Below, one piece after another: positions 28,408 to 37,440 of a DNA stretch of 64,000 nucleotides. The stretch lies in assembly GCA_902514765.1 (NCBI GenBank), contig CABXSA010000001.1:13180-77179 (forward strand), given 5' to 3'. The notes under the pieces were generated by a model. It searched no databases and was not told the DNA's origin. It was given only the letters and a program-made list of their open reading frames with translations. Each line of letters opens with the position of its first letter. The stretch's first letter is position 1. The stretch is from an uncultured SAR86 cluster bacterium. Its GTDB lineage: Bacteria > Pseudomonadota > Gammaproteobacteria > Magnimaribacterales > AG-339-G14. A program made the position numbers and the translations under genes.

Positions 28408-29379
28408 ATGAAAGCATATGTTTGTAGAGAATTTGGTCCAGTGGATTCACACAAGGTAGAAGAAATAGAAGACCCCAGAGCAGAACCAGGGATGGTTGTG
28501 GTTGATGTCAAAGCTGCTGGAGTGAGTTTTCCAGATGTCTTAATCGTGCAAGGAAAATATCAGTTTCAACCGCCCTTTCCTTTCTCTCCAGGTGGTGAAA
28601 TTGCAGGAGTAATTTCTGAAGTTGGCGAAGGTGTTGCTGATTGGAAAGAAGGAGATCGAGTAATTGCGATGGTTGGTAACGGTGGGATAGCAGAAAAGAC
28701 ATCTGCTTTTGCATCAACTTTGATGCCTCTACCTGATTCGATGGATTTCAAAGATGGAGCTGCTTTTCCTCTGAATTATGGAACGACTTACTATGCTTTA
28801 AAGCAAAGAGGAGAATTAAAGAAAGGCGAGACGCTTTTAGTAACTGGTGCAGGAGGCGGAGTCGGCACGACTGCCATAGAAATTGGCAAAGCAATGGGTG
28901 CAAGAGTTATTGCTGCTGCTAGTAATCAAGAGAAATTGGATATCGCTAAGAGATTGGGTGCTGATGAAGTGGTGAACTATGGCGATGGCGAGCTTAAAGA
29001 AAAAGTAAAAGAATTAACCGATGGCTTGGGTGCGGACGTAATCTACGATGCTGTAGGTGGTGACATCTTTTTACAGTGCATGAGATGTGTTAATTGGAAA
29101 GGAAGAGTATTAGTCATTGGTTTTCCTGCAGGGATTCCTAAAGTGCCAACCAACCTAGCTCTTCTAAAAGGCTGTTCAATTGTTGGTGTTTTCTGGGGAA
29201 GTTTTACTGGTAGAGAGCCTGAAGAGAACGCTAAAAACTTTGAAGAATTATTCACCTTACATAGTGAAGGTAAGCTGAAACCAGAAATTACGAAAAGCTA
29301 TTCTTTAGATGAGGCTGTTGAAGCTATTAAATCTTTAGAGGATAGAACAGCAACTGGAAAAGTCGTAATTGAGATATAA
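28408..29379 (+). CDS. NADPH:quinone oxidoreductase / zeta-crystallin-type medium-chain dehydrogenase
   Basis: MDR fold with VTGAGGGVGTTAIEIGK nucleotide motif. No structural-Zn Cys cluster. Confidence 0.8.
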   Translation: MKAYVCREFGPVDSHKVEEIEDPRAEPGMVVVDVKAAGVSFPDVLIVQGKYQFQPPFPFSPGGEIAGVISEVGEGVADWKEGDRVIAMVGNGGIAEKTSAFASTLMPLPDSMDFKDGAAFPLNYGTTYYALKQRGELKKGETLLVTGAGGGVGTTAIEIGKAMGARVIAAASNQEKLDIAKRLGADEVVNYGDGELKEKVKELTDGLGADVIYDAVGGDIFLQCMRCVNWKGRVLVIGFPAGIPKVPTNLALLKGCSIVGVFWGSFTGREPEENAKNFEELFTLHSEGKLKPEITKSYSLDEAVEAIKSLEDRTATGKVVIEI

Positions 29380-29380
29380 A

Positions 29381-29409
29381 AAAAGAGGAGGCTGGCCTCC
29401 TCTTTTTTT
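29381..29409. terminator. bidirectional rho-independent terminator
   Basis: A-run, GAGGAGGC (29385-29392) pairing with GCCTCCTC (29395-29402), T-run 29403-29409. Sits between convergent genes. Confidence 0.75.
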
Positions 29410-29418
29410 GTAATTTCT

Positions 29419-29823
29419 TTAAGCCTTAGTCCAAATTCTGCCAAATATCATTACTGTGATGACAAGCCACCATCCTGTATTGACGGGATTAGCAGTAAAT
29501 ATATTCATTCCAGCTTCAGGAGAGCCTACATTGTAAGCATCTACGAAAGCTTGAGAAAAGGCACTTATAGATTCTAGTTGCGAAAGTGCATAAGCAGTCC
29601 CCTCTAGAATATTAAAAAGCACAGCTCCTGTAAAAAGACCATTGAAGATAATGCCTAATGAAAATAAAGAAACAAGAGTTTTATTCAAAACTCCAGAGTC
29701 TTCGGCTCTGATTTGGTTCGCGGCTCTGAATGCAACCCATAATAAAAATGCAATTCCTGCAAAATATATTGCATTAGAAATTAGACCACTGTTCATATTT
29801 GACCAGATTTGATATTCATCCAT
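29419..29823 (-). CDS. 3-TM membrane protein of unknown function (paralog A)
   Basis: Shares FLLW..FRA, AY.LSQL.S.SA..Q.FVD and FG.IWT blocks with the adjacent ORF. GGAGAAAAAAA SD. Confidence 0.55.
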   Translation of the reverse strand: MDEYQIWSNMNSGLISNAIYFAGIAFLLWVAFRAANQIRAEDSGVLNKTLVSLFSLGIIFNGLFTGAVLFNILEGTAYALSQLESISAFSQAFVDAYNVGSPEAGMNIFTANPVNTGWWLVITVMIFGRIWTKA

Positions 29824-29886
29824 TTTTTTCTCCTTTTAAAAAATTAATAATGTTAAAAATAAGACTCTCTTGCCTTATGTATTTTT

Positions 29887-30300
29887 TTATTCCTTAGGAG
29901 CTGGAGCTGTCCAGATTCCAAAAAATAAAGCAATTGTTATACCTATCCAAAAAACCAAGCTTACTGGGTCAGATGGTATCAATCCTCCATCAACATACCC
30001 AGAAGCCCCGGCCTGATCAACAAATCTCTGCCCACCGGCACTAAGCGAATCTAATTGTGACAAGCTGTAAGCCCAATTATTAAAAGCAGCTGAGAAACTA
30101 TTCCAATTTCCTAAATTGAAAAGTAAAACTGCTCCTGATATGGCTGTTGAAAGAATTTTTTGTATTAAGTTAGAACCTCTTTCATGCGCAAGAGTGTTGG
30201 CTCTAAACATCATCCACAATAAAAAAAGCATAGCTATTGTAAAAACTGCCTGACCAACCAAACCCATTAGAAAGTTTTGATTTATTTCAAATTCAGTCAT
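29887..30300 (-). CDS. 3-TM membrane protein of unknown function (paralog B)
   Basis: Tandem paralog of 29419..29823 with the same SD context. Confidence 0.55.
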   Translation of the reverse strand: MTEFEINQNFLMGLVGQAVFTIAMLFLLWMMFRANTLAHERGSNLIQKILSTAISGAVLLFNLGNWNSFSAAFNNWAYSLSQLDSLSAGGQRFVDQAGASGYVDGGLIPSDPVSLVFWIGITIALFFGIWTAPAPKE

Positions 30301-30323
30301 TTTTTTTCTCCCAAAAAATAAAT

Positions 30324-30340
30324 ATGAGAATTATTCTCAT
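30324..30340. promoter_or_regulatory. 17-bp palindrome ATGAGAAT-T-ATTCTCAT (Fur-family 7-1-7-like box, or a weak terminator of the cox assembly operon)
   Basis: Perfect 8-bp arms. The core TGAGAATtATTCTCA has one mismatch per arm to TGATAATnATTATCA. Lies 24-40 nt upstream of paralog B. On the minus strand it is followed by a T-rich run. Confidence 0.3.
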
Positions 30341-30386
30341 CTAGAACTATATCTAATTTTAACGTTTTATGAAATATAAATAATTT

Positions 30387-31025
30387 TTAATTGAAAGAAA
30401 CTATACTTTCAAGAACTTCTGCCATTTTTTCTGGAGTGTGTGGCGACTTAAAGAACCCAAAATAGTTCCCATTTGGATCAATAACTGCAAGATTCATGCT
30501 ATGGTCCATATCATAATTCGAAGTATCAGAACCTACCACTGGGACAAAAGGCAGGGTTAAATCTGTAGCTAGCTTGTAGATAACTTCGATGTCTCCAGTA
30601 ATTCCAGTAAAGGATGGATTGAAGGCTTCTACATATTCTTTTATTTTTTCTGGTGTATCACGATCTGGGTCAACAGATATCATTCTAAAATTTACTTTTG
30701 AGGATACTTCTTCTGACAGATTACTATTGGCCATTGCCATTTTTTTCATCGTCATAGGGCACATATCTGGGCATGAAGCGAAACCTAAAAATAATACATC
30801 CCAAGAGCCAATTAAATCATTATTTGAAAACTCAGTATCGCCTTTAATTAGTTTGAAATTATTGATTTGTCTGGTCCTAACTAATTTATAAAATCCTATT
30901 TGTTTGTAGTCTTCAGCAGTAAGCTCTTTTGGCGTTATAGTTGAGTAAACGAAAAGACCTGCAACCATTGATACTATGAGAAGGCAGGAGGCTACGGTTA
31001 TTCTGATGGATTTATTATTACTCAT
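30387..31025 (-). CDS. SCO1/SenC copper chaperone
   Basis: N-terminal TM helix, CPDMCP (CxxxC) and conserved His (DHS). Confidence 0.85.
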   Translation of the reverse strand: MSNNKSIRITVASCLLIVSMVAGLFVYSTITPKELTAEDYKQIGFYKLVRTRQINNFKLIKGDTEFSNNDLIGSWDVLFLGFASCPDMCPMTMKKMAMANSNLSEEVSSKVNFRMISVDPDRDTPEKIKEYVEAFNPSFTGITGDIEVIYKLATDLTLPFVPVVGSDTSNYDMDHSMNLAVIDPNGNYFGFFKSPHTPEKMAEVLESIVSFN

Positions 31026-31921
31026 AGTTGGATTGGGATTAATTTATCAAGGGCCATGCAAATAAACAATATTGTTAAAAAAGCAATAGAGTAAAGAAAA
31101 AGTGGCAAAGCCAATCTGTTGCTTTTATCAAAAATCAGCGCAACTGCAAGACCAATGAAGGCAGTATTTAAGATTGCAGCAGAAAAGAAATAGAATCCTC
31201 CAAGATAGCCGGTTGCAAAAGGAAATATTGAGATCACAGCTAACAAGACTGAGTAAAGTACAATTTGTAATTTTGTATACTCGATTCCTTTGATAACTGG
31301 CATCATTGGAATGCTTGCTGCAACGTAGTCTTCTTTCCTGTTAATAGACAGAGCCCAAAAATGAGGCGGCGTCCATATAAAAATAATTAAGACCATCAAT
31401 AGCGGCAAAGCATCAATAGAGTTGGTAATAGCCGTCCAACCTAGAAGTGGGGGCATTGCGCCGGCAATACCACCAATAACAATATTTTGCGTGCCAGCAA
31501 ACTTAAGTATTTTTGTATAAAAGAAAGAATAAAAAGCCCAAGTAAACAAGGTCAAGGAGAGAGTCAAAATATTATTAAATATTAATAAAAATGCCGTTCC
31601 TGAGGCTAACAATAATCCAGAAAATACTTTTGCGTTTGTAGTAGAAATTTCTCCTTTAACTAGGGGTCTGTTCATAGTTCTTGCCATCTTACTATCAATT
31701 TCAACATCTAAAATTTGGTTGATAACTGCGCTGGAGGAGGCAATTAAAGCTATACCAAAAAGACCGAAGATAACTTTTGATAAATCTCCAGCAAAACCAT
31801 CTGCTAAAAACATTGCAGTTGCTGCAGTCAAAACCAGTAAATAAATTATGGAAGGTTTTGTAAGCTTTAAGTATCCAGATATTGGAAACTTTTGAGATTG
31901 AGAAATTGCTTCAGTATTCAC
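31022..31921 (-). CDS. cyoE: protoheme IX farnesyltransferase (heme O synthase)
   Basis: UbiA-fold polytopic protein. COX10/CtaB-like motifs (D..ID..M.RT..RPL). Confidence 0.9.
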   Translation of the reverse strand: MNTEAISQSQKFPISGYLKLTKPSIIYLLVLTAATAMFLADGFAGDLSKVIFGLFGIALIASSSAVINQILDVEIDSKMARTMNRPLVKGEISTTNAKVFSGLLLASGTAFLLIFNNILTLSLTLFTWAFYSFFYTKILKFAGTQNIVIGGIAGAMPPLLGWTAITNSIDALPLLMVLIIFIWTPPHFWALSINRKEDYVAASIPMMPVIKGIEYTKLQIVLYSVLLAVISIFPFATGYLGGFYFFSAAILNTAFIGLAVALIFDKSNRLALPLFLYSIAFLTILFICMALDKLIPIQL

Positions 31922-32906
31922 GAGACCTTAACCTAGCATACGATAATCCCAACAATAGGAAAAGAGCTCCAAGATTATGTGCAATCGCAACGTAAAGCGG
32001 AAGTCTATAAATAATGTTTGAGATCCCTAAGGCAAGTTGAAAAAAAAGCAAGCCACCAATTAGGCCAGAAACAAAATAGTTTTTTTCTTTTGCGAATAAA
32101 TACGCCAGAAATAAAAAATACAAAGTCACAATTAATGCGCCAAACCTGTGAACAAGGTGAATTGCCACCCTTGATTGGTGATCTAATTGACCACCTAAAT
32201 AGTCGGGCCCAATTCTTTGGGCAAAGTTTAACCCTTTGACATAATCAGCATCTGGAAGAATTTGTCCTTTGCATAGAGGAAAATCAGAACAGGCTAAGGC
32301 AGCGTAATTTGAACTAAGCCATACTCCCATAATGATTTGAGCAATCAGAATTGGGAAAGCAACATTAAGGACTCTTAGAGTATTTTTAGATACTGAAAAA
32401 TAATTTACATTTTCTAAATTTATTTCTTTTAATTTCAAATACGTCAGAAAGATTAGAGTTGTAGTAGCAAACCCGCCGAGCAGGTGAGCAGTTACAACCT
32501 GAGGCCATAATTTTAAACTTACTGTGAAATATCCAAGCAATGATTGAAACAAAACCAAAGTACTCATAGTAGCGGTAATTTTTACAATGAAGGAATTCCT
32601 TGGTTTTGAAAAAACTGCAAAAAGGAAAAGTCCAATGATAAGCAAGCCAAGTGACCCGGCAAAATATCTATGAACTACTTCTGGAACTGCTTTTGCTATT
32701 TCAAATTTTCTTTCAGGATAAAGTTCATTTGCCAGCGAAATTTCAGATTCTGACATTGGCCATATAGCAAAGCCATAACAGCCAGGCCAATCTGGGCAGC
32801 CTAATCCTGCGTCTACAAGCCTTGTCCAAGCACCCAACCCAACTACAGTGAAAGCCAGAAATATACCTAACAAAGCAATCAATTGAATTTTCTTTAAATT
32901 AACCAA
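31911..32906 (-). CDS. ctaA: heme A synthase (COX15/CtaA)
   Basis: 8-TM protein with GLGCPDWPGC and conserved His in TM helices (HR, HL). Confidence 0.85.
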   Translation of the reverse strand: MVNLKKIQLIALLGIFLAFTVVGLGAWTRLVDAGLGCPDWPGCYGFAIWPMSESEISLANELYPERKFEIAKAVPEVVHRYFAGSLGLLIIGLFLFAVFSKPRNSFIVKITATMSTLVLFQSLLGYFTVSLKLWPQVVTAHLLGGFATTTLIFLTYLKLKEINLENVNYFSVSKNTLRVLNVAFPILIAQIIMGVWLSSNYAALACSDFPLCKGQILPDADYVKGLNFAQRIGPDYLGGQLDHQSRVAIHLVHRFGALIVTLYFLFLAYLFAKEKNYFVSGLIGGLLFFQLALGISNIIYRLPLYVAIAHNLGALFLLLGLSYARLRSREY

Positions 32907-33480
32907 TTTTTGATGCCCTTAATAATTTTTTTATGTCAGATAAGATTTTTTTGGGATCAATATCGCCTTGATAGGACAAGATGATATTCCCGAGCGGATC
33001 TGCTAAAAGAAAGCCTGGTTGAATGAAAGGGTTTATACCCGCATCACTCATTTTTTGTCTTAATAAATTTAAATTTTTAGCAGATATTGCGGTTAAATTT
33101 GTTTCACTCTGAAATAGTTTTTTTACTTTTTCCTGAGTCTTAGAGGATGCGACATAAAAACGCTTAACTCTATCTTTTTCTCTTCCAATTGCAGTGTTAA
33201 TTTGCCTAGAAAAATAAAAAGCCTCTAAACAGTCTTCATTACATCGATCGTCTAAAAAATGAATAATCATCCATTTTCTTTCCATTGAATCAATATTTAA
33301 AGGCTGATAATTCAGCTCTAGCTCTAAACTACCTAGATCAACCGGAGGATCTATCATTGTCCCATAATTAACTGTTGCTTTCGGGCCAAGTCCCGCGTAA
33401 TACCAAAATGTAGATAAGGAAATTACCAAAAAAGGAGTTCCAAAGATTATCAGCGCCAAAAAAAAGCCTTTGTTTTTCAT
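32899..33480 (-). CDS. membrane-anchored SCO/thioredoxin-like protein of the cox assembly cluster
   Basis: N-terminal TM helix, CNEDC (CxxxC) and LADPLGNIILSY resembling the SCO1 YL.DP.G strand. Same position as the hypothetical gene between surf1 and cox15 in Pseudomonas (from memory). Confidence 0.5.
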   Translation of the reverse strand: MKNKGFFLALIIFGTPFLVISLSTFWYYAGLGPKATVNYGTMIDPPVDLGSLELELNYQPLNIDSMERKWMIIHFLDDRCNEDCLEAFYFSRQINTAIGREKDRVKRFYVASSKTQEKVKKLFQSETNLTAISAKNLNLLRQKMSDAGINPFIQPGFLLADPLGNIILSYQGDIDPKKILSDIKKLLRASKIG

Positions 33481-34169
33481 GTTGCTTTCCTCTTTCTAAA
33501 TAAATAAAGGCCGCCAAACAAAACAACCAAGGCTAAAGCAAACCACTGAATAGCATAGCCAAAATGTCTGGTTGATTTTAATGAAGTTGGCTGCCAGATT
33601 GGCTCAAAACTTAGGTTAGATAAAGCCGATAGTTCAAACACATATGGCATAAGCTTTTTTCCACTTAATTCTTCCATTAGATCTTTATCCATTCCTTGAA
33701 TTATGAAATTTTCACCAAATTTTTTAGCTTGGTCTTCAAGTACAAAGTCTTTTGTAAAAGGTCTTATCATTCCATCTAGTTTTAAATTTTTTTTTGGCAA
33801 AGAGAGCTCTGGCAAAGAATCCCTTTTTTCAGATTCTATCCAGCCCCTTGAAACGAGAATTTTTTCTTTACTTTCTAAAGTAAATGAATTGAAAACCACG
33901 TAGCCAGGTTTGCCATTAAAAGTTTTATTATCCACAAAAAAAGTTTTTTTACCGAAAACTCCCGAAATTTGTATATTCCTATAATATAAATTTTGATTCA
34001 GTTCTCCGGGATTTGTTTCTACTGGAAGAGATTGTCTTTCTGAAAAGGCATTTTCTAATGCTTTTTTGGCATAGCCTCTGTCAATTTGCCAAACGCCAAG
34101 AGATAATGCTCCAACGAAAACGAGAACGAAAATAAAAATAATTAAATATTTAGAAAAGTTCATACTCAA
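33477..34169 (-). CDS. SURF1 family cytochrome oxidase assembly protein
   Basis: Two terminal TM helices. RGW and HFGYAIQWF motifs. TTG at 34169 or ATG at 34163 as start. Confidence 0.8.
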   Translation of the reverse strand: MSMNFSKYLIIFIFVLVFVGALSLGVWQIDRGYAKKALENAFSERQSLPVETNPGELNQNLYYRNIQISGVFGKKTFFVDNKTFNGKPGYVVFNSFTLESKEKILVSRGWIESEKRDSLPELSLPKKNLKLDGMIRPFTKDFVLEDQAKKFGENFIIQGMDKDLMEELSGKKLMPYVFELSALSNLSFEPIWQPTSLKSTRHFGYAIQWFALALVVLFGGLYLFRKRKAT

Positions 34170-34375
34170 TGCTTAAATTTATAATCGCTGTTCTTGCCCT
34201 AGCAATGTTGGTGAGTCTTTTTTCGAGTGCATTTTTCTTACTAAAGGATAAAGGTAATACAGTGAGAGCTTTTTACAGTTTGAGAGTAAGAGTGACAATA
34301 GCGATGCTTCTCTTACTAACTATCGGATATGGATTGTTCACGGGACAATTAGGTATCAATTCCCCTTGGGGTTAG
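34169..34375 (+). CDS. twin-TM small protein, DUF2909-like, on the opposite strand inside the cox cluster
   Basis: MLKFIIAVLALAMLVSLFSSAFFLLKDKG...LRVRVTIAMLLLL resembles DUF2909 proteins found in cox clusters (from memory). Exactly fills the coxC-surf1 gap. Confidence 0.5.
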   Translation: MLKFIIAVLALAMLVSLFSSAFFLLKDKGNTVRAFYSLRVRVTIAMLLLLTIGYGLFTGQLGINSPWG

Positions 34376-35274
34376 AATACATAAACGACCAAAACGAGTA
34401 GTATCCAAACTACATCTACAAAGTGCCAATACCATGAACCGGCAGCAAGCCCAAAGTGGTCATGTTCAGAAAAAGCTCCATTAAATCCTCTAATTGTCAT
34501 GATGGTTAGAATTATTGCTCCAAGACATACATGAAAACCATGAAATCCTGTTAACAAAAAGAACGTAGTCCCATAAATTCCAGCGCCAAGTGTTAAACCC
34601 ATATGAGCGTATGCTTCGTAATATTCCAGCCCTTGCAAAAATACAAAGATAAAGCCTAGAGAAATTGTTACGACCATCCAACTTTTGAAAGATGTCCTGT
34701 TGCCTTTTTTTAGTGCTGATTCGGCTAATGCTATCGTTCCACTTGAAGTCACCAGACAAAGCGTATTCCAAAAGGGTAACCAAGTGTGAAGTTTTGAAAT
34801 CCCTGGTATGTTCATATTTTTATATGCTCCGGGAAAGTTTTCACTATCTGGAGTTTCCATAACCGGCCAGGTCGATTCAAAGGCAGGCCAAAGAATATTT
34901 GTGATTCCTTTCTCGCCATCGCCTCCAAGCCAAGGGACTGCAAAGAGCCGCACGTATCCTAGAGCTAAGAAGAATGCAAAGAAAAACATGACTTCGGAAA
35001 ATATGAACCACGCCATCCCATGAACAAAAGATCTATTTAACTGATCGCTATAAAGTTTTTGATTGTTCTCGCTGATTACATTACTGAACCAGACAAACAT
35101 TACGCCCCAAATTACAGCGAAAGAGGCCATGAGTAACAGATAAGAATTTGAGCTTTCCTTACCTAAATCATTAATTGTTCCGCCTGCTCCTAAAACAAAG
35201 AGCAAAAGTCCAAAAGCCATAAAAATAGGCAACTTACTACTGTCTGGAACGTAATAAGAAGATTCAGAACTCAT
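34372..35274 (-). CDS. coxC: cytochrome c oxidase subunit III
   Basis: 7-TM protein with typical GFHGFHV and WYWHFVDVVW motifs. Confidence 0.9.
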   Translation of the reverse strand: MSSESSYYVPDSSKLPIFMAFGLLLFVLGAGGTINDLGKESSNSYLLLMASFAVIWGVMFVWFSNVISENNQKLYSDQLNRSFVHGMAWFIFSEVMFFFAFFLALGYVRLFAVPWLGGDGEKGITNILWPAFESTWPVMETPDSENFPGAYKNMNIPGISKLHTWLPFWNTLCLVTSSGTIALAESALKKGNRTSFKSWMVVTISLGFIFVFLQGLEYYEAYAHMGLTLGAGIYGTTFFLLTGFHGFHVCLGAIILTIMTIRGFNGAFSEHDHFGLAAGSWYWHFVDVVWILLVLVVYVF

Positions 35275-35278
35275 CGTA

Positions 35279-35815
35279 TTAATTGCTAGCTTGTTTTTGT
35301 ACCAAGTCTTTTGTTATATCGAAAAGAGTATAGCCCAAAGCTAGAGAAGAAATATCTTTCGGTAAGTCTGGATCTATCACAAACTTTAACGGAATCGTTA
35401 TACTTTCTCCTGGCTCTAAAAATTGTTGCTCGAAACAGAAACACTCCGTCTTGTGGAAATACTGAGCTCCCTTTCCAGGAGAGACGCTAGGAATTGCTTG
35501 TGCAATCATTGGCTTATTCGTAGTATTTGTAAAAACATAGTTCAAAAGGTTTTGCTCCCCAGTCTTAACTCTCATTTGAGATTTTAAAGAATCAAAAACC
35601 CAAGGCATATCATCATTGTTGGTTGTAGTAAAAATTATTTTAATTTCTCTGTTGCCGACATTTTCGTATTCCGAAAACGTTGGGCCTGTGACTTTTCCAT
35701 TTAGTCCAGTTATTTCGCAAAAAACGTCGTATAGAGGCACTAATGCAAAGCCAAATAAAAACATTCCTACTGTTGCAAGAAACAGTTTGGAAACACTTTT
35801 TCTAATGCTGGACAT
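35279..35815 (-). CDS. ctaG: cytochrome c oxidase assembly protein CtaG/Cox11
   Basis: N-terminal TM helix and CFCF copper motif (HKTECFCFEQQ). Confidence 0.9.
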   Translation of the reverse strand: MSSIRKSVSKLFLATVGMFLFGFALVPLYDVFCEITGLNGKVTGPTFSEYENVGNREIKIIFTTTNNDDMPWVFDSLKSQMRVKTGEQNLLNYVFTNTTNKPMIAQAIPSVSPGKGAQYFHKTECFCFEQQFLEPGESITIPLKFVIDPDLPKDISSLALGYTLFDITKDLVQKQASN

Positions 35816-35817
35816 TT

Positions 35818-37422
35818 TTAAGCTTTGGCCTCTCCTGACTCCAAATTAGGAGGTGTTTCGAAGGTGTGATAAGCAGGCGGAGAATCTAGAGTCCATTCAA
35901 GACCTTTGGCTCCTTCCCAAACTTGTCCGGTAGCTTTCTTGCCGTAGAAAATTGCTTTGAGTACCACGTATAAAAAGAGTAATTGCGACAAACCAAATAG
36001 GAACGCCCCGACACTTACGATCATGTTGTAATCCGCAAATTGCATAGCGTAGTCTGGAATTCTTCTTGGCATTCCAGCTAAGCCAACAAAATGCATCGGG
36101 AAGAAAGTTAAGTTCACTGAAACAAAGGAAAGCCAAAAGTGCGTTTTACCCATGGATTCGTCGTACATGTAACCCGTCCACTTCGGAAGCCAGTAATAAA
36201 CTCCGGCAATGATAGAAAACAAAGCTCCTGGAACTAAAACATAGTGAAAGTGAGCGACTACAAAGTAGGTATCGTGATATTGGAAATCAGCAGGAGCAAT
36301 GGCAAGCATGATTCCTGAGAGTCCTCCAATGGTGAAAAGCGCTACAAAGGCAATGGCAAACAACATAGGTGTTTCAAAAGTTAGTGAGCCTTTGAACATT
36401 GTTGATAGCCAATTGAATACTTTAACTCCTGTTGGAATTGCAATTAACATTGTCGAATACATGAAAAACAATTCACCTGCAATTGGCATTCCAACCGTGA
36501 ACATGTGGTGAGCCCAAACTACAAATGACAACAATGCGATTGAGGCGATTGCATAAACCATAGATTCATATCCGAAAATAGGCTTTCTTGAGAAAGTTTC
36601 GATAATGTGAGACACAATTCCGAAAGCAGGCAAAATCATTATGTAAACTTCAGGGTGTCCAAAAAACCAGAAAACATGTTGGAATAAAACAGGGTCTCCC
36701 CCTCCTCCGGCTTTGAAGAAACTCGTTCCAAAGTGTATATCCATAAGCATCATGGTTACGGCACCAGCAAGAACTGGCATTACCGCGATCAAAAGGTAAG
36801 CAGTGATCAGCCAAGTCCAGACAAAGAGCGGCATTTTCATTAAAGTCATGCCAGGAGCTCTCATATTTAAAATGGTAGTAATAACGTTAATTGAACCCAT
36901 AATGGAGGAAGCGCCCATAATGTGCACTGCAAAAATAAAGTAAGTTACTGTGGGTGGCGCATACTCTGTTGAGAGTGGTGCGTAGAAAGTCCATCCAAAG
37001 TTTGGAGCACCGCCTTCCATAAAGAAAGTAGCTATCAGAACACCAAAAGCTGCAGGCAATATCCAAAAACTTAAATTGTTTAATCTAGGTAAAGCCATGT
37101 CTGGAGCACCAATTTGCATTGGTACCAGCCAATTTGCGAAGCCAACAAAAGCTGGCATGATGACACCAAATACCATGATCAATCCATGATTGGTAACCAT
37201 CTGGTTATAGAACTCGGGAGAAACAATTTGACTGCCTGGTTCAAAGAGCTCAGCTCTGATGACCATAGCCATTGCTCCGCCAATAAATAACATGATGAAA
37301 CTGAACCAAAGGTACAAAGAACCTATGTCTTTATGGTTGGTAGTAAATAACCAACGGCTTATTCCTTTAGCTGGACCATGGTGATGGTGGTCGTCGTGAT
37401 GTCCTTCTATTACTGCGCTCAT
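35818..37422 (-). CDS. coxA: cytochrome c oxidase subunit I
   Basis: Heme-copper oxidase signatures WFFGHPEVY, HHMF and VAHFHYV. Confidence 0.95.
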   Translation of the reverse strand: MSAVIEGHHDDHHHHGPAKGISRWLFTTNHKDIGSLYLWFSFIMLFIGGAMAMVIRAELFEPGSQIVSPEFYNQMVTNHGLIMVFGVIMPAFVGFANWLVPMQIGAPDMALPRLNNLSFWILPAAFGVLIATFFMEGGAPNFGWTFYAPLSTEYAPPTVTYFIFAVHIMGASSIMGSINVITTILNMRAPGMTLMKMPLFVWTWLITAYLLIAVMPVLAGAVTMMLMDIHFGTSFFKAGGGGDPVLFQHVFWFFGHPEVYIMILPAFGIVSHIIETFSRKPIFGYESMVYAIASIALLSFVVWAHHMFTVGMPIAGELFFMYSTMLIAIPTGVKVFNWLSTMFKGSLTFETPMLFAIAFVALFTIGGLSGIMLAIAPADFQYHDTYFVVAHFHYVLVPGALFSIIAGVYYWLPKWTGYMYDESMGKTHFWLSFVSVNLTFFPMHFVGLAGMPRRIPDYAMQFADYNMIVSVGAFLFGLSQLLFLYVVLKAIFYGKKATGQVWEGAKGLEWTLDSPPAYHTFETPPNLESGEAKA

Positions 37423-37440
37423 ATTTTACAGCTCCTTCTT

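Noticed and set aside
33928-33936. A perfect TTATCCACA DnaA box inside surf1.
   Set aside because: It is isolated, intragenic and has no partner boxes. About one chance occurrence of a 9-mer is expected in 64 kb on two strands.
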